From assembly GCA_963774265.1 (NCBI GenBank), contig CAVZDU010000002.1:320001-384000 (forward strand): 64,000 nt of DNA, read 5' to 3'. A program made the translations under genes and the position numbers. Source of the DNA: an uncultured Chloroflexia bacterium. Lineage in GTDB: Bacteria; Chloroflexota; Anaerolineae; CG2-30-64-16. Below, piece by piece: positions 39,220-48,778 of the stretch. Position 1 is the first letter of the stretch, and every line of letters begins with the position of its first letter. The notes under the pieces were generated by a model. That model had not been told where the DNA came from, did not search any database, and saw only the letters and a program-made list of their open reading frames with translations.

Positions 39220-40211
39220 ATTGCTTCCAACGCCCGCAGGACCACTTCGGGTGTGACGGGATGGCAGCTGATCTCGGTCCCCAGGGCGTTGTTGATGGCA
39301 TTGACGATGGCCGGGATCGGCGCGTTGGCCGTCATCTCGCCGAAGCCCTTCACGCCGTAGGGGCCGTTCGCCGAGGGGTACTCGAGCACCTTCGTCACCA
39401 TTTGGGGAATGTCGGGCGCAAGCGGCAGCACGTACTCGAAGAACCCGCCCGCGCGGTGTTCCGGGCTGGGGTAGTACGGTTCGGTGGACTCGTAGAGCGC
39501 GTGGGCCATGCCCATGACGGAACCGCCCTTGATCTGTCCATCGACCAGTTCCGGGTTCACCTGGCGGCCGATCTCGTACACGCTGTTCAGGCTCAACACC
39601 TTCACATCGCCGGTCTCGGTGTCGACCTCCACCTCGGCCACCACGCACGCGTGCGCCTCGGTCGAGTCAGGATCCATCTTGCCCGTCTCCGGGTCGACGC
39701 CCAAGTTGGGCTTGAAGAAGATGCCGCGCCCCGCGACCGTCTTACCGTACTTGAAATGCGCGTTCAGCGCAACGTTGACCAGGTGCACTTTGCGATCGGG
39801 CGAACCTTTGACGTAGATAAAGCCCGCGCCGTCGGTGTCCACATCCTCCGGGCGCGCTTCCAGGTCATCCGCAGCGACCTCCAGCAACGTCTTCCTGGCC
39901 TCCAGCGCCGCCATAATAATGGCGTTGCCGGCCCGGTGGGTCGTACGGCTGGCGAAGCTGCCCATGCAGTGGGGGCCCGTATCGGTGTCGCCGGTTTCGA
40001 TCAACACATTCTCGAACGGCACGCCGAGCGTCTCGGCGCCGATCTGCGCCAGCACCGTCTTCAGGCCCTGGCCCAGCTCAGCGCTGGCCAGGCTGATGAT
40101 GAACGTGCCCGTCGTGGTCATGTGGATCAGCGCCTGGGTGGGGTCGCCGCCCAGGTTCATGCCTGTCGGGTAGTTGACGGAAGAAATGCCGGTACCTCTC
40201 ACCTTAGCCAT
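39216..40211 (-). CDS. Xanthine dehydrogenase-family molybdopterin subunit, C-terminal half (NdhM-like)
   Basis: 'ELGQG..T..AQI', 'GSFASRTT', 'VDTETG', 'GQIKGG', catalytic 'GPYGVKGFGE'. Confidence 0.9.
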   Translation of the reverse strand: MAKVRGTGISSVNYPTGMNLGGDPTQALIHMTTTGTFIISLASAELGQGLKTVLAQIGAETLGVPFENVLIETGDTDTGPHCMGSFASRTTHRAGNAIIMAALEARKTLLEVAADDLEARPEDVDTDGAGFIYVKGSPDRKVHLVNVALNAHFKYGKTVAGRGIFFKPNLGVDPETGKMDPDSTEAHACVVAEVEVDTETGDVKVLSLNSVYEIGRQVNPELVDGQIKGGSVMGMAHALYESTEPYYPSPEHRAGGFFEYVLPLAPDIPQMVTKVLEYPSANGPYGVKGFGEMTANAPIPAIVNAINNALGTEISCHPVTPEVVLRALEAM

Positions 40212-40212
40212 G

Positions 40213-41590
40213 TCAGCTTTTCTCCTTTGCGGTCACCGGCTCAGGCCGCGCCGGCGAGTAGTCGCGGTCCCACGAGCTCATCGCCTGGAAGCGTTCGCCC
40301 AGCGGATGTCCGACCAGCTCGGCAGCCGCCTGGACGACCTCCACCAGGGTGGCGTCGCCTACGACCTTCTGATACGGCCGCATGTCCCCATTGCGGTAAC
40401 CGTTGAGGATGCGAATCTCGAACGGGTCCATCCCGACCGTGCGCGCGATCTTGTCCATCTGGACTTCAGTGGAGAATGAAGCGGACGTCACGCCAAGACC
40501 GCGCATGGAGCTAGTGGGCACGCGGTTGGTATAGACGCAGTAGGCGTCAATGTAGACATTCGGGATGGTGTACGGCCCGGCGAGATTCGCCGCATGTTTG
40601 GTCGTGGAATAGGGCGTATGACGATTGTAAGCCCCCGAATCGCTGTAACTCGTCACCTTGCGAGCGAGGATGCGACCGTCTTTCGTCACGCCGTCCTTGA
40701 AGTAGATGCGATAGGGAATGCGGGTGGAGGAGACATTGAACTCCTCGCTGCGGGTGTACAGGTACTTGACGGGGCGGCCGGTCTTCATGGCCGCCAATGC
40801 GGCGATCGGCTCGACGATGACATCGTTCTTGCCGCCGAAACCGCCGCCCACCTGGCCGCCCACGAAGTGCAGCTTGTTGAACGGCACCTGCAGGATCAGC
40901 GCGGTGTTGTCCATTGAGAAGTAAAGCGCCTGGGTGTTCGTGTACACCGTGATGCGGCCGTCTGCCTCGGGCTTCGCCACGCAGCCGGTGGTCTCCAGCG
41001 GCGCGTGCTCCATCGGCTTCGGCTCGTAACAGCCTTCGACGATGTAGTCGGCCTCCGCGAAGCCCTTCTCGACGTCGCCGAAGCGGATGCGCCGGCAGTG
41101 GTGGCCCTCGTAGACGAAGTAGTTTGTGCCCCAGGGCTTGAGAATGGGCGCACCTGGCTTCAGGGCTTCTTCCACGTCAAAGACCGCCGGCAGCTCCTCG
41201 AGGTCCAGCCTGGACGCGCGCGACGGCTTCGTTGGCTGCCTCTTCCGTCTCGGCCACGATGGCGGCGATCGGCTCGCCCTTGTAGAGCACTCTGTCCTCC
41301 GCCAGCACAGATTCCTCGTCGGGGCCGACGCCGATCAGGCAGAGGATGGTGTAGATGTTCTTCGGCACATCCTTGTAGGTGAAGGCGCGCACGAAGCCGG
41401 GCACCTTCTCCGCTTCAGAGAAATCAATCCCGCGGATGCGCGCGTGATGCAGCGGGCTGCGCACCATCTTCAGGTGCAGCATGTCGGGGAAACGGATGTC
41501 GTCGATGTACTGCGTCTTGCCCGTGACGTGGCTCATGCCGTCACGGCGCAGCACCGACTGCCCCACAACCTTGAGGTCTTGCTCAGCCAT
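40213..41590 (-). CDS. Xanthine dehydrogenase-family molybdopterin subunit, N-terminal half (NdhL-like), apparent frameshift near 41210
   Basis: 'VVGQS..R.D...HVTG...YIDD', 'HAPLET', 'VGGGFGGK', 'SSMRGLG'. Confidence 0.88.
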
Positions 41591-42065
41591 GGTTGCCTCC
41601 ATTGCGCGCCGGCGGCCTGCTGCACGGCGGCGATGATGGGATCGTAGCCAGTGCACCGGCACAGGTTGCCGCTCAAAGCCTCGGCGATCTCCGCGCGACT
41701 CGGCTGCGGGTTGTGATCGAGCAGCGCCTTGCTGATCATGATCATGCCGGGCGTGCAAAAGCCACACTGCACGGCGTATTTCTCATGGAACGCCTGCTGA
41801 AGCGGATGCAACCCCTCCGCGGGGTGATGCCTTCGAGGGTCAGCACGTCCTGGCCCTCCACGTCTTCCGCGGGCAGGATGCACGAGAGCATCGGCTCGCC
41901 GTTGACCAGCACGGTGCAGCTCCCGCAGTTGCCCTCGTAGCAGCCGCACTTGGTGGCATTGAAGCCCAGCCGCTCGCGCAGCGCCTTGGCCAGGGTCGTG
42001 AACGGCTTGACCATCACTTCGGTCTCCTTACCGTTCAGCGTGAAGGTGACGATTTTAGATGCCAT
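41533..42065 (-). CDS. (2Fe-2S) small subunit (CoxS/NdhS-like), apparent frameshift near 41820 (true stop probably 41583)
   Basis: 'KCGCYEGNCGSCTV', 'VQCGFCTPG', 'GNLCRCTGY'. Confidence 0.88.
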
Positions 42066-42909
42066 GCTGTTCCTCCTGGGCCGCGACCTGTTCCAGCGCG
42101 CGCTGGACGAAGACACCGGCCATCTTGCGCCGGTACCACTCGGTCGCGATGGGATCGGTGAACGGTTCGCACTCGGCCGCGGCAGCGCCGGCCGCGGCAG
42201 CGATGGTTTCGGCGTTCAAGGCTGAGCCGGCCAGCGCAGCCTCGGCGCCGCGGGCGCGCAGCGGATGCGGTCCGACGGCATTGAGCGCGACGCGCACGTC
42301 CCTGGTCTTGCCGTTGTCGGACATCACGTGCACCGCGACGCTCACGATCGCCGGCGTGTTCGTGTAGAGCCGGCCGTGCTTCAGCAGGACGGTCTTGCCC
42401 GCGGGCCGGGGGACCTGGATCTCGACCACCAGCTCGTCCGGCTCAACCACCGTCGCCATGAAACCGGTGTAAAACTCGGCCAGGGGCACGATGCGCTCGC
42501 CACGAGCTCTGCTGGCCAGCTTGATCCTGGCATCCAGCGCCAGGAACGCAACCGCCAGGTCGCCCGCGGGCGGCGGCGCAAACAGGTTGCCGCCCGCGGT
42601 CCCCATGTTCTGGATGGCCCAGCCCCCGACATTTTTGGCCGCCTCGGCCAGCATGGGGATGCCGGCCTCCTGGCGGACCTGCGTCAGGGTCGCTGCGGCG
42701 CCGATATGCACCGCACCGTTCACCTGGCGCACGTAGTTGAGCCCCGCCCGGCGAAGCCCAAGCACCCTCTCCGGCTTGGAGACGCCCTTGTTCACCAGCG
42801 GGACGGCCAGGGTGCCGCCGGCCATGACAAGGAGCGCAGGGCCGTGCTGGTCCAGCAGGCTCAGCGCCTCGTTCAATGACTGCGGCTGGAGATACGCTTG
42901 CGTTGTCAC
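42055..42909 (-). CDS. FAD-binding subunit (CoxM/NdhF-like)
   Basis: 'MAGGTL', 'IQNMGTAGGNL', 'ATEWYRRKM'. Confidence 0.9.
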   Translation of the reverse strand: MTTQAYLQPQSLNEALSLLDQHGPALLVMAGGTLAVPLVNKGVSKPERVLGLRRAGLNYVRQVNGAVHIGAAATLTQVRQEAGIPMLAEAAKNVGGWAIQNMGTAGGNLFAPPPAGDLAVAFLALDARIKLASRARGERIVPLAEFYTGFMATVVEPDELVVEIQVPRPAGKTVLLKHGRLYTNTPAIVSVAVHVMSDNGKTRDVRVALNAVGPHPLRARGAEAALAGSALNAETIAAAAGAAAAECEPFTDPIATEWYRRKMAGVFVQRALEQVAAQEEQHGI

Positions 42910-43024
42910 ATTAACACCTCCATTGAGTGTACGGTCACGCCGCGGCGGCCAAGAACCGCGCGGCCATTTTGCGAAAGTTGAGTGGGCCCCTTCAGCGCCT
43001 CCTCGATGGCAGCTCTCTGGGCCC

Positions 43025-43414
43025 TCAGCTTCCCACCAGGCCCTGTTTGATCATCACCAGCGCCGGGTCCGGGCCCTTATAGCCGATCAGATACTCCATG
43101 CGGATCGGTGCAAAGCACTCGTAGAAGACGACATCTTCCTCGCTCAACTTGCGAAAGCCATGGACCACGTTCGAGTTGACGATGAGCAGGGCGCCGGGGC
43201 CGACCTCCTGCTCCTCGTCGCCCACTTTCGCCCAAAGGCGGCCCTGGGCCACCAGCATAATCTGCTCGGCTTCATGCCTGTGCGCCGGAATGGTGACCTC
43301 GCCCTGGTAGGTAATGCGGGTCATCATGACCTTCTCGCCGCACACGGCCTGGCGGAGAACGCCGGGAACATAGGGGTAGGCCGGGAACTCATCCCACGTG
43401 GTGATTTGTGACAT
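43025..43414 (-). CDS. Cupin domain protein
   Basis: 'PAHRHEAEQ...G' and 'NVVHG' metal motifs; RBS AGGAGG. Confidence 0.88.
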   Translation of the reverse strand: MSQITTWDEFPAYPYVPGVLRQAVCGEKVMMTRITYQGEVTIPAHRHEAEQIMLVAQGRLWAKVGDEEQEVGPGALLIVNSNVVHGFRKLSEEDVVFYECFAPIRMEYLIGYKGPDPALVMIKQGLVGS

Positions 43415-43446
43415 GTCATCCTCCTGATGTGATGATAGCCTGTGCA

Positions 43447-44209
43447 CTATCCTGAGCAGCGGCCTCCTGCAGGCTGCCCTGGATGGTCTCGAGGTGCTGC
43501 CGCATGATGGCAGCAGCCGCCTCCGGGTCCCGGCGCGCCAGTGCCTCCACGATGGCCAAGGTGATCTTGAACCGACTGGGACCGCACCCCGGACAGGGTT
43601 GCGGTTCGCCTGCGGCTGGCCGTGCCCAGCCGGGTCAAGCTATCCATGATGCGCGCGATGATCTGGTTGTGGGCCGCCGCGCTGATGATCTGGTGCAGCT
43701 CGAGGTCGGCCGTCAGAAAAGACCTCGGGATCGTCAACATGCGCGGCGGCGCGACTGACGCAAGCACGCAACCGGGCCAATTCCTCGTCGGTCGCGCGGG
43801 TCGCCGCCGCAGCCGCGAGGCCGGGTTCCAGCATCTGACGTGCTTCCAGCAGTTCCGCGAAGGTCGAATCGTCGAGGGCAAAAACAAAGTCGAGATGCTC
43901 GATCAGCACCTCAGGCTTGAGGGAGCTGACGTAGGTGCCCGAACCCTGGCGGATTTCCACGATGTTCAGCATGGCAAGTGCCCGCAAGGCCTCGCGTAGC
44001 GAAGGGCGGCTGACTTGCATCGTAGCCGCAAGGTCCCGCTCAGAGGGCAGCTTGTCGCCCGGTCGCAGCTTGCGCTCGGCGATCAGTGAAAGCAGGCGCG
44101 CTGCGATGCGTTCGGGGAGCACATCACGGGCGACTATACCATAGGTTGGGGCCGTGGAACCAGGCTCTGACACAGCATACACCTCCGGGGTTGAGTCGAC
44201 TGTGTTCAT
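43447..44209 (-). CDS. GntR/FadR family transcriptional regulator, apparent frameshifts near 43720 and 43550
   Basis: wHTH 'LRPGDKLPSERDLA..MQVSRPSLREAL', 'RQGSGTYV'; FCD 'ADLELH..I..AAHN'. Confidence 0.88.
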
Positions 44210-44703
44210 TCATTTCTAGAACGCAAGGGGGGCGCATCGACACCCGTAGTCAGCGCCGCAGCTGCACGCTTGCGCGCCAGCTCCGGCAGCCTGGCCAGCC
44301 CCTGCCGGATGAGCGTTTGGGCCACGCCTTCAGCAAAGCGCGGGCTCATGCCAGCCAGGGGACCGCTGATCTGGGCATCTCCCTGGTAGACGATGCGTGT
44401 CTGCTGCCCCTGGGGCTGCAGAGAGAAACTTGCCTGGCCGGCCACACCTCCGGTCGGCCCACTCGCCTCACCCTGGAACTTGCAGAAGTTGGGCGCCTCG
44501 AATTCCAGCAGCTTGACCCAGGTCTCGTAGGAGCCTGCGATACCCGGGACGCGGAGCGTCATGCGGGCCCGGTACTCGTCGGGCGCCACCTGAACCACGT
44601 CTTCGCAGCCCGGCAATAGCTCAAGCAAGGTGCTTGGGTCGAAGACAAGCGGCCAGATCGCGTCGGACGCAGCATCGATAAGGGACTGTCCGTTGACTTT
44701 CAT
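44206..44703 (-). CDS. CoxG / SRPBCC family protein
   Basis: 'IW..VFDP..L...LPGCE', 'YQGDAQISG.LA'. Confidence 0.85.
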   Translation of the reverse strand: MKVNGQSLIDAASDAIWPLVFDPSTLLELLPGCEDVVQVAPDEYRARMTLRVPGIAGSYETWVKLLEFEAPNFCKFQGEASGPTGGVAGQASFSLQPQGQQTRIVYQGDAQISGPLAGMSPRFAEGVAQTLIRQGLARLPELARKRAAAALTTGVDAPPLRSRNE

Positions 44704-44727
44704 TTGAGTGCAATATCGGGAGATGAG

Positions 44728-44744
44728 AATTGGTCAGACCACTT
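44728..44744. promoter_or_regulatory. FadR-subfamily operator
   Basis: Palindrome AATTGGTCAGACCACTT just downstream of the promoter at 44758-44786. Confidence 0.8.
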
Positions 44745-44757
44745 GACCGCCAGAGCG

Positions 44758-44786
44758 AATTTAGCACGCTTCACCCCGCCTGTCAA
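44758..44786 (-). promoter_or_regulatory. sigma70 promoter of the Mo hydroxylase operon
   Basis: Minus strand TTGACA-17 bp-TAAATT with extended -10 (TGC). Confidence 0.7.
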
Positions 44787-44940
44787 CCCCTTTGAGCGAA
44801 ACTTTAAGGTGAAGTCATGTTGAGCGTCAAGTGCGAGTCAAATGAGTTCGCCCCGTATGACAGCCATCATAGCCGCCACCATCCCGCCGCACTACAATGA
44901 ACTGACATTGCCGTCGTCAAGACATCCGACGCGCTTAACA

Positions 44941-44970
44941 AAGAAACCCCACACAGCGGTGGGGTTCTTC
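44941..44970 (-). terminator. Terminator of tRNA-Ser(CGA)
   Basis: GC stem ccccac/gtgggg followed on the minus strand by TTTCTTT. Confidence 0.7.
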
Positions 44971-44979
44971 ATTATCAGG

Positions 44980-45066
44980 CGGAGAGGGTGGGATTCGAAC
45001 CCACGATCCCTTTCGAGGATACGCGTTTTCGAGACGCGCGCACTAGGCCAACTATGCGACCTCTCC
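44980..45066 (-). tRNA. tRNA-Ser(CGA), CCA not encoded (CCT)
   Basis: GGAGAGG acceptor, CGCGT-CTCGAAA-ACGCG anticodon arm, long variable arm, GGTTCGAATCC. Confidence 0.97.
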
Positions 45067-45124
45067 GTAGATGTCTGCAATCATAGCATACGACCAACCC
45101 GGCGGCAAGAAAAGGGCTCTTATC

Positions 45125-46669
45125 ATGAAGGATAAACTCGCAGAACTCCGAGCGATGCGCGCCAAGGCGAAGCTGGGCGGAGGTCAGAGCCGCATCGACG
45201 ACCAGCATTCCCGCGGCAAGCTCACTGGACGCGAACGCATTGATGCGCTGGTGGACTCCGGCACGTTCCAGGAACTGGGCCGGCTGGCCACCCACAACTT
45301 CAGCGATTTCGGCATGGCTGAGAAGCGCTATCCCGGCGACGGCGTTGTCACAGGGTTTGCAAAAATCGACGGCCGGCGCGTCGCCCTCTACGCCCAGGAC
45401 TTCACTGTCCTCGGCGGATCGTTCTCTGAAGTCCAGTCCCAGAAGGTCTGCAAGATCATGGAGCTGGCCATGGAGAGCGGCATCCCCGTCGTGGCGCTGC
45501 TCGACTCGGGCGGCGCGCGCATCCAGGAGGGTGTCCGCAGCCTGGCGGCGTACGGTGAGCTGTTCGTGCGCAACGTTATGGCCTCCGGCGTTGTGCCCCA
45601 GATTTCCGTCCAGATGGGACCTTGCGCGGGCGGCGCGGTTTACTCCCCCGCGCTGACAGACTTCGTGGTGATGGTCCGCAAGACCAGCTATATGTTTATC
45701 ACCGGGCCTGACGTGATCAAAGCCGTTACGGGCGAGCATGTCGACTTCGACACCCTGGGCGGCGCGGTGGCGCATAACGTCCAATCGGGCGTCGCTCATT
45801 TTGCGGCTGACGATGAGGCGGCGGCGTTTCGTCTTATCAAGGAGATCCTCTCCTATCTGCCCCAAAATAACAGCGAGGACCCGCCCCGCGTTCAGCCATA
45901 CGACGACCCGGGCCGCCGCGACGACATGCTCGACCACCTCATACCCGAGGACTCCAGCCAGCCATACGACATGCGACAGGTCATTGCCAGCGTCTTCGAC
46001 CGGGGCAGCTTTCTCGAAGTGCACGCACATTACGCGAAGAACGCGCTGATCGGCCTGGCCCGGCTCGATGGCTTCCCGGTCGGCGTGGTGGCCAACCAGC
46101 CCATGACCCTGGCCGGCGTTCTCGACATTGATTCCTCCGACAAGATCGCACGCTGGGTGCGCTTCTGCGACGCGTTCAACCTGCCGGTCATCACCTTCGT
46201 CGATACACCGGGATATATGCCGGGCGTTGCCCAGGAGCATGCCGGAATCATTCGCCACGGCGCAAAGGTCATCTATGCCTACTGCGAGGCAACGGTGCCC
46301 AAAATCAGCGTTGTGATCCGCAAGGCGATGGGTGGCGCGTACATTGCCATGAGCAGCAAGCAGATGCGCACCGATCTGGCCTACGCATGGCCCACCGCCG
46401 AGATCGCAGTCATGGGTCCGGAGGGCGCGATCAACATCCTCTACCGCGATGAGCTCAAGCGGGCCGAGAATCCCAATGAGCTTCGAAAGAAGCTGCTGCA
46501 GGATTACGTGGACCGCTTCCACAACCCCTACGCAGCCGCAGATATGGGCCAGATCGACGAGGTGATCGAGCCGAGCTACACCCGCCTGCGCCTCGTCAAC
46601 GCGCTCGAGATCCTGCGCTCCAAGGTGGCCAGCAATCCGCCGAAGAAGCACGGCTTGATGCCGGTGTGA
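45125..46669 (+). CDS. mmdA: Acyl-CoA carboxyltransferase subunit (methylmalonyl-CoA decarboxylase alpha / PccB-like)
   Basis: 'GKLTGRERI', 'DSGGARIQEG', 'GPCAGGAVYSPALTD', 'VDTPGY', 'KKHG'; followed by OadG, biotin carrier and OadB genes. Confidence 0.9.
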   Translation: MKDKLAELRAMRAKAKLGGGQSRIDDQHSRGKLTGRERIDALVDSGTFQELGRLATHNFSDFGMAEKRYPGDGVVTGFAKIDGRRVALYAQDFTVLGGSFSEVQSQKVCKIMELAMESGIPVVALLDSGGARIQEGVRSLAAYGELFVRNVMASGVVPQISVQMGPCAGGAVYSPALTDFVVMVRKTSYMFITGPDVIKAVTGEHVDFDTLGGAVAHNVQSGVAHFAADDEAAAFRLIKEILSYLPQNNSEDPPRVQPYDDPGRRDDMLDHLIPEDSSQPYDMRQVIASVFDRGSFLEVHAHYAKNALIGLARLDGFPVGVVANQPMTLAGVLDIDSSDKIARWVRFCDAFNLPVITFVDTPGYMPGVAQEHAGIIRHGAKVIYAYCEATVPKISVVIRKAMGGAYIAMSSKQMRTDLAYAWPTAEIAVMGPEGAINILYRDELKRAENPNELRKKLLQDYVDRFHNPYAAADMGQIDEVIEPSYTRLRLVNALEILRSKVASNPPKKHGLMPV

Positions 46670-46685
46670 GCATAGAGGTAGTCGC

Positions 46686-47111
46686 GTGAACCCAACCGTC
46701 GGAGAACTCCTTCAATCGGGGCTGACCATCACCGTTCTGGGAATGGGGCTGGTGTTTGCCGCCCTGGTGCTCCTGTGGGGCTTGCTTCGCCTCCTTTCAA
46801 CCGTTTTCCAGGACAAGGTGGAACCGCCGCCACAGATCAGCACAGCCCTCGATGAAGCCGAGGCGGCCGAGGTGCGGGCCGCGCTGGAAGCCGCTGCAGC
46901 CTTGACCGAGGAACGCGGCCAGGTCGCGGCGCTGGTGGCAGGGGCGTTGCTGGCGAACGCGCTGCCTTTACTCTTCGAGGCGCCCACCGGCCCCGCTTTC
47001 GAGCACGGCCGCACTGCGCCCTCCTGGGTGACAGGTAACCGGGCGCGGGCGCTGAGTTCATGGCAGCCTCCGCGCACACCCGAACCGAATCCACACCAGG
47101 GCACGGAATGA
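46686..47111 (+). CDS. OadG/MmdD family decarboxylase membrane anchor subunit
   Basis: 'GL.ITVLGMGLVF..L..L' TM; C-terminal 'SW..GNR..ALS'. Confidence 0.8.
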   Translation: MNPTVGELLQSGLTITVLGMGLVFAALVLLWGLLRLLSTVFQDKVEPPPQISTALDEAEAAEVRAALEAAAALTEERGQVAALVAGALLANALPLLFEAPTGPAFEHGRTAPSWVTGNRARALSSWQPPRTPEPNPHQGTE

Positions 47112-47139
47112 TGCCGTTAATACGAGAAAGGGAAGTCCT

Positions 47140-47599
47140 GTGCCAACCTTCGATGTGATGATCCAGGGCAAGAAATACCATGTCGAGATCCCTGACCCCG
47201 GCGCCACCCCGCTGCAGGTCATTGTCGACGGGGAGCCGTTCGATGTGGAGGTGTCGGGCACCGAGTCCACAGTCCACGCCGACCCTCCGCGCGGCGGCGC
47301 CCCGGCCCGCGCCCGAGCCCCCCAAGCTGCCACCCCTGCCGAACGTGAAGGTCGCCCGGCCTGCGGCGCCCAGCGGCCCAAGCGGCGGACACGACATCCT
47401 CTCGCCGATGCCGGGCACGATTCTGTCTATAGAGGTTAAGGTCGGTGAAGCGGTCGAGTCCGGCCAGGTCGTCGCCGTGCTCGAAGCGATGAAGATGAAA
47501 AACCCGATCCGCGCCAACTTCGACGGGACCGTGAGTGAGATCGCGGCGACCCCTGGCCAGGCCGTGGCCTACGGTGACGTGTTGGTCCGACTGGCCTGA
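47140..47599 (+). CDS. mmdC: Biotin carboxyl carrier subunit, apparent frameshift near 47280
   Basis: 'SPMPGTIL', biotinylation motif 'EAMKM'; N-terminal 'KKYHVEI' in the upstream frame. Confidence 0.88.
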
Positions 47600-47610
47600 A
47601 GGGGGCAGCC

Positions 47611-48776
47611 ATGAGCATCGGTTGGGACACTCTGCTGTCCATTTTCGCCGGGTTGGGAGAGCTGACCTGGGCCAACGTGCTGATGATCGCGGTCGGCGCG
47701 GTGCTCATCTACCTGGCCATCGCCAAAGAGTACGAGCCGGTCCTGCTGATCCCCATCGGCGTGGGCGCGATCCTGGCGAACATCCCAGGCGCAGGCATGG
47801 GACTCGACCTGCGGGCCATCATGGCCGGCGAACCCCAGGAAGGCAGCGTCTTCTACGCGCTGTACAAAGCAGGCATCGAGACCGAGCTCTTCCCGTTGAT
47901 CCTCTTCATCGGGATCGGCGCCATGACCGACTTCGGACCGCTGCTGTCGAACCCGCGGATGGTGCTGGTCGGCGCAGCGGGCCAGTTCGGCATCTTCGCC
48001 GTCCTGCTGCTCGCGCTGGCGACCGGCCGTTTCTCCCTGCCCGAGGCCGCGTCGATCGGCATCATCGGCGCCATCGACGGCCCGACCAGCATTTTCGTCG
48101 CATCCAAGCTGGCGCCGCACTTGCTGGCGCCCATCGCCGTCTCTGCGTATACCTACATGAGCCTGGTGCCGATCATTCAGCCGCCCATCATGCGCCTGCT
48201 CACGACGAAGGCCGAGCGCCGGATCCGCATGCCGTATATCGAGCGCCCGGTCAGCAAGCGCGCTCGCATCATCTTCCCCCTGGTGGTCACCCTTCTGACC
48301 GGCTTCCTGGCGCCCCAGGCCAGCCCCCTCATCGGCACGCTGATGTTCGGGAACCTGATGCGCGAGTCGGGCGTGGTGGACCGTCTGGTCAAGACCGCCG
48401 GCAACGAGCTAGCGAATATCGCCACCATCTTCCTGGGCATCACGATCGGTGCGACCATGGTCGGCGACGTCGTTCGCCAACGTTCAGACGCTCATCATCC
48501 TGGTCCTGGGCATCCTGGCCTTTGCGCTGGACACCGCAGCCGGCGTGCTGTTCGGCAAGCTGCTCAACGTGCTCACGCGCGGCAAATTCAACCCGCTTGA
48601 TCGGCGCGGCGGGCATCAGTGCATTCCCGATGGCTGCGCGGGTCGTCAATCGCGTGGGTCTCGAGGAAGATTATGACAACTTCCTGCTGATGCACGCGAT
48701 GGGCGCAAACACTGCCGGTCAGGTGGCTTCGGTCCTGGCCGGCGGCATTGTGCTGGCAATCATGACAGGAATCTAG
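47611..48776 (+). CDS. mmdB: Na+-translocating decarboxylase beta subunit, apparent frameshifts near 48470 and 48600
   Basis: '[10 protein letters not shown]', '[13 protein letters not shown]', '[11 protein letters not shown]', 'AYTYMSLVP', '[10 protein letters not shown]', '[10 protein letters not shown]'. Confidence 0.92.
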
Positions 48777-48778
48777 CT

